The notes below the pieces were generated by a model. That model saw nothing but the letters and a program-made list of their open reading frames with translations. It was not told where the DNA came from and did no database searches. A DNA stretch of 64,000 bases from Eledone cirrhosa (Eukaryota), in assembly GCA_964016885.1 (NCBI GenBank), contig OZ024754.1:27342001-27406000 (forward strand), read 5' to 3'. Below, one piece after another: positions 1 to 12,515 of the stretch; the first letter of the stretch is position 1, and each line of letters begins with the position of its first letter. The position numbers and the translations under genes were made by a program.

Positions 1-963
1 ATATATATATATATATATATAACAAAGAAGGTGTGGTGAGATACTAGGTGGATCATAACACATATATATAGGTAACCAGACTTTAGTCGAGGTAGAGCTG
101 GTCTGTGTTGGCAAAATGAAAATTTATTGGTAAACCCTAGAATTATCACTGAAATTCGTATGCCTTTGGGAAAAGTTATTTTCAAGAAGTTCTCACCACG
201 TCCTTCATGCTAGCAAGACAATAGCATTTAGTTTGCTTCTATGGAAGTGTGTAAATGGCTTTGAATTAGTTTCTGTAGCTACTGAGTAAAGGGAGGTGGG
301 GCAGGAATATGGGAGAACTAGCAGAGAGAGTGATATTGAGTGTAGTGAACGAAAGAGAAAGAGGGAGAGAGGGGGCGAGATAGAGAGAGAGATAGTTATA
401 TTGGGTCTGGTGAGGAAAATAAAAGAAATAAAAAAAAGAGAGAGAGAAAGAAAGAAATGAAGGAGGAAATAGAGCATTAGAATAAATAGGAAGAAGAGTG
501 TGAATTCATTGAACAACTTACAAATGATAAGGGTGTCAGTTGTAGGTTAGTGGGTTCGTAAACAACATAAGCCAATAACAATGTATATATACATGTTCAG
601 TATGTATGGTAAATTTCACATACATGCAAAAAGTTAAGTGCACGCTAACACACTAAATGTCATGATCTTAACATTTTTTTTTTGCAGCAAATTGAAATTA
701 TGCCGCTCACTTTCATATCGACACAAACACTCACAAGCACGTATATATGCAAAGCAAATATGTTGAAGACGTGATTGTGTGGTTAAAAGGTTCATTTCAC
801 AACCATATAATTCCAAGTTTGATCTTACTACGAAGTTTTCAGCAAGTATATTTAGTCTTGATTTGACCAGTGCCTGGTGTGTTGGATTTGATAGAGCGCA
901 GCTGAACAGAAGATAAGTGTCTTTTGACTTTCTACTCACACACAGTATATATATATAGGAAAA

Positions 964-1330
964 AGTTTAATCCCGACGGCAGAGCTCTAGCCGTCGAAAC
1001 GGCTTGAGCTCTGCCGTCGGGGTTAAACTCCCTCCCACCGCTTGCTACTGCTGGACTTGGAAACAGTCGAGAATATATAGTTTTCTCGTCTGTGTAAATG
1101 AGGTGATTAATCTCATTTGCATATGAAGCTGCATAAGCTGGCTCAACTCTCGACTGTTTTCAAGTCCAGCAGTAGTAAGCGGTGGGACGGACCTTCCTGA
1201 CGAAGGCCAGTCAAGCCTGAAATACATAGACGGTTGTCCCCCTTGCTTCTGCTGGACACCACGAGAGGGCGTTAGCCCCCCGGTGTTTGCATAGCTACGG
1301 CTTCTTAAATCCGCATTTCTTTAGAATTAC
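964..1330 (+). mobile_element. Structured PLE-type/non-autonomous repeat end: fold-back palindrome with 3' half of a hammerhead, a ~40-bp hairpin and a second hammerhead
   Basis: Inverted repeat 964-1029 contains GAAA-CGGC-TTGAGCTCT-GCCG-TC; arms 1033-1071/1148-1188 are complementary; related to 8050-8237 and 12814-12973. Confidence 0.6.
1184..1240 (+). ncRNA. Type I hammerhead ribozyme motif (slightly decayed)
   Basis: GGGACGGACCTTC-CTGACGA-AGGC-cagtcaa-GCCT-GAAA-TACA-TA-GACGGTTGTCCC; stem I has one mismatch and one bulge. Confidence 0.7.
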
Positions 1331-1725
1331 GAAATTTCTATACATATTATATAAAGTTATGCTTGAAGCGAAATCTTATTTCTTTTATATATATATATAT
1401 ATACATATATATAAAATATACAGAAGCAAAAACCAACCAAACACTGTTTGTATTCTACCCTTGTTTATTTGTGTGTGTTTATGTGTGGTTGTTGTTATTC
1501 TACTTGTGTATATTTATTTATTTGTTTATTTATATTTGTTTCAATACACGATTTCATATTGAAAACCTTGCAAAACAAATATATATATATTTATATATTA
1601 ATATGTGTAGAAGTAAACAATGCTCAGTATTTATACTTTGAGCTTGTGAATTGCAGGGTATCTATATGAGTTAATAACTCTATATTTTATTTGTATATTT
1701 ATATATATACATTTATATGTTCATC

Positions 1726-1849
<124 letters not shown>

Positions 1850-1850
1850 C

Positions 1851-1883
<33 letters not shown>

Positions 1884-2435
1884 CGCGCGCGCGTATTTGA
1901 ACGTATTTCTGTCTAAGGTAAACATTATTTTAGAAAGCATTATTTCGTTCGTATTGTCGATTGTATACATCAGTTGAGTGTGGAGGAATTACGGTTAATG
2001 GAGTGCTGTATGAAAACATGCCAGATGCCATTAAAACGCCACAATGTAAAATATTTCAGACAAAGTGATAGCAAAATGTGCGTATATGTAATTGCCGTAG
2101 ATTAGCGCTGTTCTCTGTAAACAACAAACGCTTAGGCAAATGCAATTCATATCTTGTTGATAACTCCACCAGTGATATAGCAACATGCTATACAGGACTA
2201 TCATTGTATTCTTTCAAATTACAGCTGCGTTATCATAACAGCTCATAACATTCGTCTACATCCGTGTATCACGACACAACTTTCGAAATATAATTGGAAA
2301 TCAGAAGCCAAGAATGTATGCGGACGAAAGATATGGTTCTTCCATTAGTCATTAATATTGCTATTGTTGACAATGTCTATTGGTCGACACTCCCGACTGA
2401 TGGAAGTAAGACCAATCCTAAATATATTTGAGTGT

Positions 2436-2868
2436 ACTTTTGTGTCACAAATAATAGGTGTGGGGCTGGAATAAACCCTGGTGTTTGAATAAACAGGGGT
2501 GGGGAGGGATAAGCGGGGGATTTGGAATAAAAGGTGGTGGGGTGGAATAAACGGGGGAGACTAACTAAGCGCGAAGGATCGGATGGAATGTCGGTAATTT
2601 TCTAGGTTGTCCCCCTTGATTTACGAAAAAAAAAAAAAAGAAACAGAATTGGTCGTTAATTTACATATTGAGACCCCAACCCATCCTATTTAATGTAAAA
2701 TGAACATTTATCGTCGCAGGAATGCTTCCACTTAAAATAAAATTTCGTCGGAGATAGAACAACAACATTTAAAGAGCGGCGTGGTGGTGGAGTAAGAGCA
2801 AAGGGAGGGTTGTAAAAAAATTTGAAAATTTAATAAGTGGATGGGGAGGATTATTCGGGACCCGAGTA
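2436..2868. mobile_element. Possible degenerate non-autonomous DNA transposon (MITE)
   Basis: Weak terminal inverted match (TACT...AATAAT / ATTATT...AGTA) and repeated GAATAAAC/GATAAGC motifs. Confidence 0.3.
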
Positions 2869-2880
2869 CATGTATGTATA

Positions 2881-3064
2881 TGTTTCTACTTTGGGCACAA
2901 GGCCAGTAATTACCCCAGTGCATTGCTGGTACTTTATTTTATCGACCCCGTAAGGATGAAAGGCAAAGTTAACCTCGGCGGGATTTGAACTCAGACCGTA
3001 AAGGGCCGTAACTCTATGCTATAAAGCATGGCGTCCGACTCTGAACCGATACTGCTAATCCACC
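2881..3064 (-). mobile_element. tRNA-derived SINE (family A, ~185 bp)
   Basis: On - strand: A-box-like TAGCAGTATCGG, B-box GTTCAAATCC, conserved body GCCTTTCATCCTTACGGGGTCGATAAAATAAAGTACC; more than 10 copies in window. Confidence 0.9.
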
Positions 3065-3386
3065 AGAGCGTCGATTTGTGAACTTCATCACCACAGCCAA
3101 GTAGGCAGGCACTGGTTTTATATTCTATGTATTAGTATGTTTTCACATCAATAAACATGTGAGAAAATGTGCAGCTTATATAAATATAAGAGATATATCT
3201 TGGTCTATACAATATTATGCTGCTTAAAAAAAACAACTTCTTTTGGCCAAAACCAAAATATATTCAAGTTCGTGTAGAATTGCAAAATTAGAAGCAAGAA
3301 ATCAACAGGTGGTAGGGAAATTGCGTGAAGTAATCTCCATAAAAGATTAATACCTGATCAATAATCTCAGTAACAGCATTACACCT

Positions 3387-3492
<106 letters not shown>

Positions 3493-3549
3493 ATCTATTA
3501 TGTATCTATCAAACAACCCTATCACAGTCTCTCTCTCATACCTCTCTCT

Positions 3550-3639
<90 letters not shown>

Positions 3640-4055
3640 CGGCGATGAATTAGTTTTGCGAGGTTTTTGATATGAAATCGTGTGTCGAAACAAATATTGT
3701 TATACTTATTCTGCTATTAATTCTGGCAATATTACACAAATATGACCCTCCCCAAGTATAACAATATATATATAAACGGAATATATATAAACGGAAAAAA
3801 TGAAAGGAAATTTCATTTCCCACTCTTAGTACGGCTGGTACTTAAATATAAGTATGTACACGTACATACATACATGTATACAGACGCACAGTAGTATGTA
3901 TATATATATATACATACATGCACACATATATATATGTACGTATGGATTCACCGAACATTTATTATAATGTTCGGTGTGTTTGTAAACAAACATGCCGTAT
4001 TAAGCCGTAGTGTCCAGCAACCATCGTTGCTCGTTTGTTCAACACTGACAAAGGA

Positions 4056-4098
4056 ACGCTGTACTAGTTTCAAGCTTATTAGCTATCGTCAGCAACGT
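4056..4098 (-). ncRNA. Minimal type I hammerhead ribozyme
   Basis: - strand ACGTTG-CTGACGA-T-AGCT-aata-AGCT-T-GAA-ACTAGT-A-CAGCGT; palindromic stem III. Confidence 0.8.
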
Positions 4099-4473
4099 AT
4101 ACCTTCCTGCCAGATTGTTGAACGTATATACTTACCTTATGCATATTAACGGCTGAGTAGCCCAATTTGCATATCGAGTGGGTTAATCGGCCGGGTGCAC
4201 CGAAAACGATAAACGGAAAAAATGAAACGAAATTTCATTTCCCACTCTTAGTACGGCTGTTACTTAAATATAAGTATGTACACGTACATACATACATGTA
4301 TACAGACGCACAGTAGTATGTATATATATATATACATACACACGTATATATATGTACGTATGGATTCACCGAACATTTATTATAATTCTCGGTGTGTTTG
4401 TAAACAAACATCCCGTATTAACCCGTAGTGTCCAGCAACCATGGTTGCTCGTTTGTTCAACACTGACAAAGGA

Positions 4474-4516
4474 ACGCTGTACTAGTTTCAAGCTTATTAG
4501 CTATCGTCAGCAACGT
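4474..4516 (-). ncRNA. Minimal type I hammerhead ribozyme (second unit)
   Basis: Identical to 4056-4098. Confidence 0.8.
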
Positions 4517-4731
4517 ATACCTTCCTGCCAGATTGTTGAACGTATATACTTACCTTATGCATATTAACGGCTGAGTAGCCCAATTTGCATATCGAGTGGG
4601 TTAAAAGGCCGGGTGCACATAATAAATGTTCGGTGAATCCATACGTACATGTATATATGTGTGCATGTATGTATATATATATACATACTACTGTACGTCT
4701 GTATACATGTATGTATGTACGTGTACATACT

Positions 4732-4828
<97 letters not shown>

Positions 4829-5048
4829 ATATATATATATACGTATAATATATATTTCTGTATGTGTGTGAACTCACACACATACAAACACGCAGATACT
4901 GACGTCTGTCTGCTTATATTTGTGTAAGATATACAGACATTGAGTGAGACACAGATAACTGAAAACATTTAAGGATTGCCGAGCTAGAAATAATAAATTA
5001 ATATATATATATATTAAAAAATGTGTGAGATCCTTGGTACAGTTAGGT

Positions 5049-6667
5049 ATATTTGAAAAAAAGGAAAAGAATGACTTCACTTGTAGTGTTAAATAATTTG
5101 ATTTAATATTATAATATTATGAGTTGGTAGATCTAGTAAGTTCTTTGTTAACTTCGGTGGGAAGAATTTTAAAGATTCCTGGTTAACTTTGTTGGAGAAC
5201 TTTCTCGCATTCATCTGTCTGTGGCGATTGTCAAACTGAGATCAGGTTGTGTTGAAATGTGTGACTATATACAAGAGAGATTTGGATGTGTCTGGGGTGT
5301 GGTGTTAATGAAGATTTGGAGGAATTAAAGCATACACATACACACAGACACATACACACGCACACACACACACACACTTACACACACACACACATACTGT
5401 ATACATACACTCAGAAAATGTTTTGCAATTCATGTTTTCATGTTTGCATTAACTGTGAAAGACTTGTTGTTTTTAAAGGAGATTTGTCCACCCTCTTCAA
5501 TGTGTTCGCAAGTTCCGCATCGAGTGTCCCCGCATTTCTTAACTTGCATCGCTTCATTATTAGACGTAAATTTTGCCTTGGTAAGCAGTTCCTTTAGGCT
5601 GAGTGCTTGGGGTCTACTATATATAATTTGTGCGTCTTTTATGAGTGCATTCATTTTAGGGGACTGCTGGAGAATCGGGAGTTATTGTTTGGCGGCTTTC
5701 ACAATGTTGAAGTTCCTTGGATTGTGAGTGATTGCAAAAGGGATAACTGTTTTTTCCATTCTATTTTGTTGCTTTGTTTTTCTCAGTGTTGTCACTGGGA
5801 TGTTCTGGGCTTTGGAGATGGCTGTGTTGATGAGGTTCACCGGATATTCTTGTCTTTTAAGGAACTCTTTTAATTGATATAATCTTTTTTCCTGTAGTGT
5901 GGGGTGTGTTACTATGGTGCAGCTACGTCTTCCATATCATCTCTGATGAAGCTTGGCACATTTTTATATAAGAGTTTCAGTATGATGTCTAATAGGTTGC
6001 TTAGACGTTGTTTGCTTGAGACTGCACCAGCAACAATTGGGCGTAATTTTAAATCTGTCGGTTTTCGTACATCTTACACCTCATTAAAACCCAGACCCGC
6101 ACCTAAATTCATCTTTGATAGAAATTTGTAGAAGATATTCTTTATAAATTTAAGTGAGTTGATTCAACTATAAGAAACGAATTTGAAAATCACCCTGCCA
6201 TTATATACTCATCAAAGGTCGGCTAATGAAATAAAACCAGCAGGAGGGGATGTTTACAACAACCTTCTCAAATACCCTTATCTTGCAACCTCATCATTTT
6301 CTGAGTGTATATATATATGTGTATGTGTGTATGTATGTGAGCGCGCGTGTGCATGTGTGTGTGTGTGTATTCTTTAATTCCTCCAAATCTTCATCAACAC
6401 TCATTAACACCACACCCTGCACCCCAGACACATCCAAATCTCTCTTATATATAGTCACACATTTCAACACAACCTGATCTCAGTTTGACAATCGCCATCG
6501 ACGAATGCAAGAAAGTTCTCCAACAAAGTTAACCAGGATCTTTAAAATTCTTCCCACCGAAGTTAACAAAGAACTTACTAGATCTACCAACTCATAATAT
6601 TATAATATTAAATAAAATTATTTAACACTACAAGTGAAGTCATTCTTTTCCTTTTTTTTTAAATATA
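5049..6667 (-). mobile_element. Internally deleted Penelope-like element bounded by inverted repeats
   Basis: Arms 5049-5330 / 6372-6667; - strand remnants KLRPIVAG...LSNLLDIILK (RT N-terminal) and SRPQALSLKELLTKAKF...KCGDTRCGTC (Cys linker before GIY-YIG). Confidence 0.7.
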
Positions 6668-7908
6668 TATATATAGATATATCTTTTCTCTCACCCCCAC
6701 TTTCAAGCGTGAAACTAGTATTAACATTTGTACTACCTCTTCGCTTCCACGTTTTTGTTGTTTTTTTGTTTTCTATTTACCGTCGCAACTTAAAATATAT
6801 ATATATGCATACATCATATGCATATATGAATTTATTATTTTTAGTTCCGTTCGAAGACAATACCAGCAGATAAATCAGGAATCACTGGATCAATACTCGA
6901 TGATAGATTGAAATATACAGCTTTCTCAATGTGGCCACTATAAATTTGTTGCTGAAAGAAATTTGTAAAGGAGACATAGACAACGTGATTAAACCAGACT
7001 GAGAAAAGGAACAATAAAAACCCAGGGAAATGAATTATCTGTCCGACACCTCTTTCTACTGCGCCTGGTTAATTTACAATGTGTCCCGTATATTTCATAC
7101 AACTATCATAACCTAACTCTGATGTTAATTATTCTACAACAATTCGTAGTAACAACCTGGTCTATTGCTTTGACTTATTTCATTTGTTTGGTCTTTCAAA
7201 GCCACCCAGTGGAAAATGTAATTTACGAGTCTGCATCTCTTAAATCGCTATTCGAATAAATGTTGTTCTTACAGCTTGCGATTCTTCAGGTTTAACCGAC
7301 CTTCTTGAGGTTGTATTATCATACGAGGTTACTTTGGATATTTTAATGGTAAGGAGCAGTCCTCTCATGTATAAAAAAACGTGTCAGGCTCGAGAACACT
7401 GTTTAGCTTAGGATTAACATACGATTTTATGATAGGAACAGAAACACTACCAATTATTTCACATGCCTTCATAGCTATGCTTTAAACTACATTTACTCCT
7501 TCACATCTATTTAATGTTAACATAGCAAATTTGATATGCAATTACATAATTTACTTAGATAACATATAGAAAAAACAACAATTATTTTCTCGCACATAGT
7601 TATATACGAATGTAAAGATACAAAATTATAATTTGATCCCAAAATTTCCGCTATGATCTTCTAAAGAAGAAGAAAAAAAATCGGAATGCATGATCTGCAG
7701 AATATCTTGTGTGATCAGTATTGTAAAATGGACAGCAGTGCCGTATGCATTTTAGCAGTTGCTAGAAACATGGTAACTCTGCTATGAAAAAAATATTTAT
7801 GTATACAAATTCTCGAACAACTATGGCCGGTGAGTAAATATTATTGGCTTATTCTTTAACTGTCCATGTTTAAACATTCGCGGACACACACACATACACA
7901 TACATATA

Positions 7909-7965
<57 letters not shown>

Positions 7966-7976
7966 TTAAAAGACAA

Positions 7977-8013
<37 letters not shown>

Positions 8014-8049
8014 TTAAAAGACAAGAATATATATATATATATATATATA

Positions 8050-8237
8050 GCGAGGGAAAAGTGGTAACGAACCAGGTGGACCAAAACGCACCAAAGTACT
8101 CAATACTTAGGGTAGTAGAGTGGGTAATAGGAGTAAGTAAGACCCCGACGGCTGAGCTCAAGCCGTTTCGACGGCTAATTCTGAATTAGCCGTCGAAACG
8201 GCTTGAGCTCAGCCGTCGGGGTCTTACTTACTCCTAT
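8050..8237 (-). mobile_element. Short fold-back PLE-type 3' end between (TA)n tracts, with hammerhead 3' half
   Basis: Perfect palindrome 8127-8237 centred on 8182; GAAA-CGGCT-TGAGCTC-AGCCG-TC; homologous to 12814-12973 and 21-60. Confidence 0.75.
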
Positions 8238-8259
8238 ATATATATATATATATATATAT

Positions 8260-10470
8260 AGAAAGATTTGAATGGATACAGTTTAGTTGAAAGGAATTTA
8301 TTGGCACGTGTTTCTATAACAGTTACATAACCTGAAAACAGCTGCTATCCACAAAGTATTAGTTATGCAGACAATCAATATTTCAATGTTATTATTTACT
8401 GTCATTTCATCAGAATAATATTACTGAGGACCTGTTTGGTTTTTATAGAGAATATTAGGAGAGAGGGGTGAAGTTGTTAGAAGAATAGTTGAGGGAGTGG
8501 TTTTTTGATAGCAGTGAGAATTTTTGGTGGCAGTGAGTAATTAGATTCCCATCTGTTGTTTTGACATTTTTATAGAATATATTATTGGTTATTTTTCTAA
8601 ATCTATAGAGATAGTAAAGATATGCGTGGTTGGTTTTGTGTTTGCACTTAATTAACATTCAGACTTAAATTTTTTTCTTTCCAGTGTACGTATCCTTTCA
8701 CCCACGCATTCTCACACAAACATATTTGCACCCCTCTACAAAATACCTATACTCACATTCACATAGTAACATGTTCATACTTACATACATATACACATGC
8801 ATACATATGTATATACACACATGTATTCATGTACATACATACACGTTCATGTGTGTACATTTTCATACTCAACTTATCTTTATATACACACGTATAGACA
8901 CACACATATATACATACATACTCTAGTCTATGTGTATATACATATACATATACATATATATCTATATCTATATATATATATATATATATATAAGCACTTT
9001 AATACATGAATACACTTACATCTAACTATACACATCAAACATATATATATATTTACTTATTTATATACATTTTCACATATATATACATACTTATGGTCGC
9101 TTTTAGACACATTCATTATCGCATTTTTGCACCTATTCTCATCAGCATATCTTTCCATTATTAGTGTGGTAATTTGAGGTTATTAATATACATATATATG
9201 TTGAGAAGAAATTGTTTTTATATTTTTCTAACTAGATTGAGGTTTATATAGTTGGGGGGATGTCCCTCTTTTATGTAATATTCGGCTTGTAGTGTGAAAA
9301 AAAGGGTTTTAGTTCGGTGACGGCAAAATAATGTTCGTTCAATTCTGTTATTCAGCAATTTCTTCTTATGTGTGATTATGTAATACATCTCAAGATTGCA
9401 CAATTTGCAGAAATTTTGGCTCCTGGAAAAGCTTTGGGTTTTAGCTAATTTCTCCCATTTTAGGGTAAACTTTTGATCGCTATCCCTGAGCGTCCAAGCT
9501 TTTTCTGCTAAAGTTGTTACATTTCTTTGGCTCTGGTGTTTTATTGAGTAAGAATGCCTATATAATCGAGATTTAAACGATGTTGCCGTTGATCCCACGT
9601 AATACCACTCGTTGCCTCCGGATTTAATGGTACACTTATAAATAATATTTTTTTCCAGGCAGTTATTGCTGAGGGGGCAGTTGTCAGGATAGGTGCAGTT
9701 ACAGTTGTGTACGTTGGGTTTTCTCTGGAGTAGTATTGCGGACGAACTTAGGTGTGGTTTATTTATGTTCTGTAGTGTATTGTCTACTGTTTTTTTTTGT
9801 GTTCTTTGTACTTAAGTTTTTAGTGTTTTCGTTTAACCTTCTAGTATTGATCTTTTTTATGTGTTGTTCAAGGTTTAACGCTGTAGAGTATGACAGTCTT
9901 ATAGTGGTAGGGTTTAGGATTTTGTGGTATTTGTGTGATGTAGGAAAATGTCTCTTAATTATTTTAAAGAAGAGTACTGGTAAATTTGTACTAATGGAAC
10001 TATTGTATTTGGGGTTATACCATAAGTACTCTTTGCATCGCTTTCTATTAGTTTTGTTTGTTGGTTTACTGGTGTGCATACTATGGTAGTAAGTGTGGTT
10101 TGGTGTTGTGTTATTATATCTACCTATGTGGGATTTATTTTGGGTGTTTTGATTGTTCCCATCTATATACTCTATTTTGTTGAGGTGGCCTGCTTTACTA
10201 AGGGCGTTATCGTAGTATTCGGCGTGTTCCTTAAATACTTGTATGTTAGAAGATAGACCCGAGATTCTAAGGGAAATATTTTTAGGGATAGATTTAATTA
10301 TAGAGATGGGGTGGTTAGACCCAACATTTACGTATTTGAGATTTTCATTCAATTTATGAAACGGATTAATCAGACCAGATTTTAAATTGAGTGTGACATC
10401 CAGGAAGTTAACTACTTTAAGGTTGTGTTCATATGTTATAGTTAGTCCTATTTCGAGCAAACCCTACGTG
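8260..10470 (-). mobile_element. 5'-truncated Penelope-like element (RT thumb + GIY-YIG, disrupted)
   Basis: ORFs 9759-10460 (VVNFLDVTLNL, YVNVGSNHP, WYNPKY) and 9218-9598 (GSTATSFKSR, CKLCNLE, LNNR...CRH); homologous to 21320-22504. Confidence 0.85.
8371..8419 (-). ncRNA. Degenerate minimal hammerhead in PLE 3' region
   Basis: - strand ATT-CTGATGA-AATG...CATT-GAAATATT-GAT; weak stem I. Confidence 0.5.
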
Positions 10471-10769
10471 AGCTGTCAATCTACTGTGTGTAATATTTAT
10501 ATTACAACACAACGGAAAATACTGTATATATATATATATATATATATTTCGTTTCTGAATTTGTTTAGCAAGATTCTTTATCTGAAATCGTGTGTTGAAA
10601 CCGATATTGTTATACTTTGGGAGGGTCATGTTGCCAATAAGAAACACACGCACCAGTTGCTTTCACTTCAATTTATTATATACTTATAAATTTATAAATC
10701 TACAAATCTACAAATCTATAAATTTCTGGTTGGTTGGTTGGTTCCACAACCAGATAGTTGTTTATATAT

Positions 10770-10814
10770 AGTCATAGTCCTTTCGTCACACACTCTGTGA
10801 CCTCTTCAGTGACT
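10770..10814 (-). ncRNA. Type I hammerhead ribozyme in pseudo-LTR
   Basis: AGTCA-CTGAAGA-G-GTCACA-gagtg-TGTGAC-GAAA-GGAC-TA-TGACT. Confidence 0.8.
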
Positions 10815-11014
10815 GGGGATTCCTTTCTTTGTTTCTGTGCCTTTCCTTTCTTCTGTCCTACGCCATTTTGTTTCTGTGTGTGTGTTGTGTGCTCAGTTTG
10901 CGCATGCGCCACATCCGGGTGTCTGTGTGTGTTTGTGTTCATTTATCTATTTGTTTATTTATTTACATGTTATTGGTTGGTTGTTTGTTCTATGTGTGTG
11001 TTTTCATTTTGTCC

Positions 11015-12297
11015 TTAGTTGTAAGTTGTGATGTTGCTGTTCCACTCATATTTTCTATTTAATTTTGGTTGTAATTCTTTTATGTTTATTGCCTCTGTAA
11101 TTTGTCTAAACATTGCATCTTTTCTGTGTGTAGATTCTATATTTACTTCTATGTTCTCTAATATACTCTTGTGTTCTATCTTAGCATGTTGGTAGAGTAC
11201 AGATGATTCTTTATTATCTTGAAGGTCTCGCCAGTGTTCATTTATCCGTTCCCCTATACTACGAGCTGTCTCACCTATGTACACTATATTTTTGTTTCTA
11301 CATTGTCATTCAGTACATCTTATGCTATACACTACATTTCTAGTTTTACAGTTAATATGGGGGCTTATTTTACAGGTTATACATTTCTTATCTATACATG
11401 AGGGTCTTTGGAACGGGTATGTCTTGCTAATAAGTGTTTTTACGGAGGTACCTGGTCTTTCTACTATCTTAATATTGAGTTTATGTTTATTTAGGGCCCT
11501 TCTAAATTTGTAGGCTAGTTCGCCTCTAGGGGTAGTATCGATGAACATTACACTCTGGTATTTATTGCTATCATACCATGAGTTTATTCTATTGGCCTTG
11601 TTCCTAGTTCTTTCTATTCTATTCCAAAATTTGCTCCTATACAAGGGGCAGGTCCCATTTATGTCATTATTTACCATTTTTTCCCATTTGGTTCTGGCTC
11701 CTCTATACACTCTGATTCTATCTCTCTGATTGTAGCCAGAGAACTGCATACGGTGGATGAAGTGTTGTATGTGTCTCTCTAGTTCTTCGGGGATGCACAT
11801 GCGGGACACATTTCTCATCACCCGTACCAAATCCGCAATCAGTATGTTGATTTTGGTATGGTCCGAAATGGCCGAGTTTCGGTGGATCAGATGTTTGGAA
11901 GTCATGGGTTTGGCATAATGGGAATGGAGGATTTGTTTTTGGTTGTTAATGGTATCTAACCAGAGCTCTGTGTCTAGTACAGGTAATCGATGGTTGGGGT
12001 GTCTACTTGGGTAGTCTATAGTAACTCTAATGCTCTGGTGGATGGAGTTTGCTATTTGCTGGATGCTTTCCATTGTGTTTTTCTCTAGTTCCTGACTGTT
12101 CTCTAGTGGGGGTGTCTTAACTACGATGTTTATATCATCTACGTAGCGGGAGTACATTATCAGGGTTAAGCTGTCTTCTAATTGTTCTTTAAGTTTAAGT
12201 TTAAGTCTACTGTCCCACCATACCATGAATAAGTTAGCTATGTCGCCTGCAATGCTAACACCAATAGCTGCTCCTTCCTCTTGGGCATATGTTTTTC
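11015..12297 (-). pseudogene. PLE reverse transcriptase (motifs B'-E, thumb) + GIY-YIG endonuclease, one in-frame TGA
   Basis: QEEGAAIG, YSRYVDD, LPVLD, NVVYSIRC..YIGETARS..ERINEH, HAKIEH, EAINI, PKLN; ORFs 11306-12448 and 11015-11284 are in the same frame. Confidence 0.9.
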
Positions 12298-12470
12298 CAA
12301 ACAACCAACCAATAACATGTAAATAAATAAACAAATAGATAAATGAACATAAACACACACAGACACCCGGATGTGGCGCATGCGCAAACTGAGCACACAA
12401 CACACACACAGAAACAAAATGGCGTAGGACAGAAGAAAGGAAAGGCACAGAAACAAAGAAAGGAATCCCC

Positions 12471-12515
12471 AGTCACTGAAGAGGTCACAGAGTGTGTGAC
12501 GAAAGGACTATGACT
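12471..12515 (+). ncRNA. Type I hammerhead ribozyme in inverted pseudo-LTR
   Basis: Same motif as 10770-10814, on the + strand. Confidence 0.8.

Larger units (their letters stand above)
3790..4735 (-). repeat. 418-bp tandem hammerhead-containing repeat (retrozyme-like), 2 units plus inverted arm
   Basis: Direct repeat with period 418 (e.g. 4056 vs 4474); 4619-4735 is an inverted copy of internal sequence; TA-rich flanks. Confidence 0.85.

Noticed and set aside
2881-3064. tRNA genes suggested by A/B boxes
   Set aside because: No cloverleaf; the boxes are heads of dispersed SINE copies
12298-12448. Hydrophobic N-terminus on the 380-aa RT ORF
   Set aside because: It is read-through from the inverted pseudo-LTR (same peptide as ORF 10837-11031); real RT homology starts near 12297
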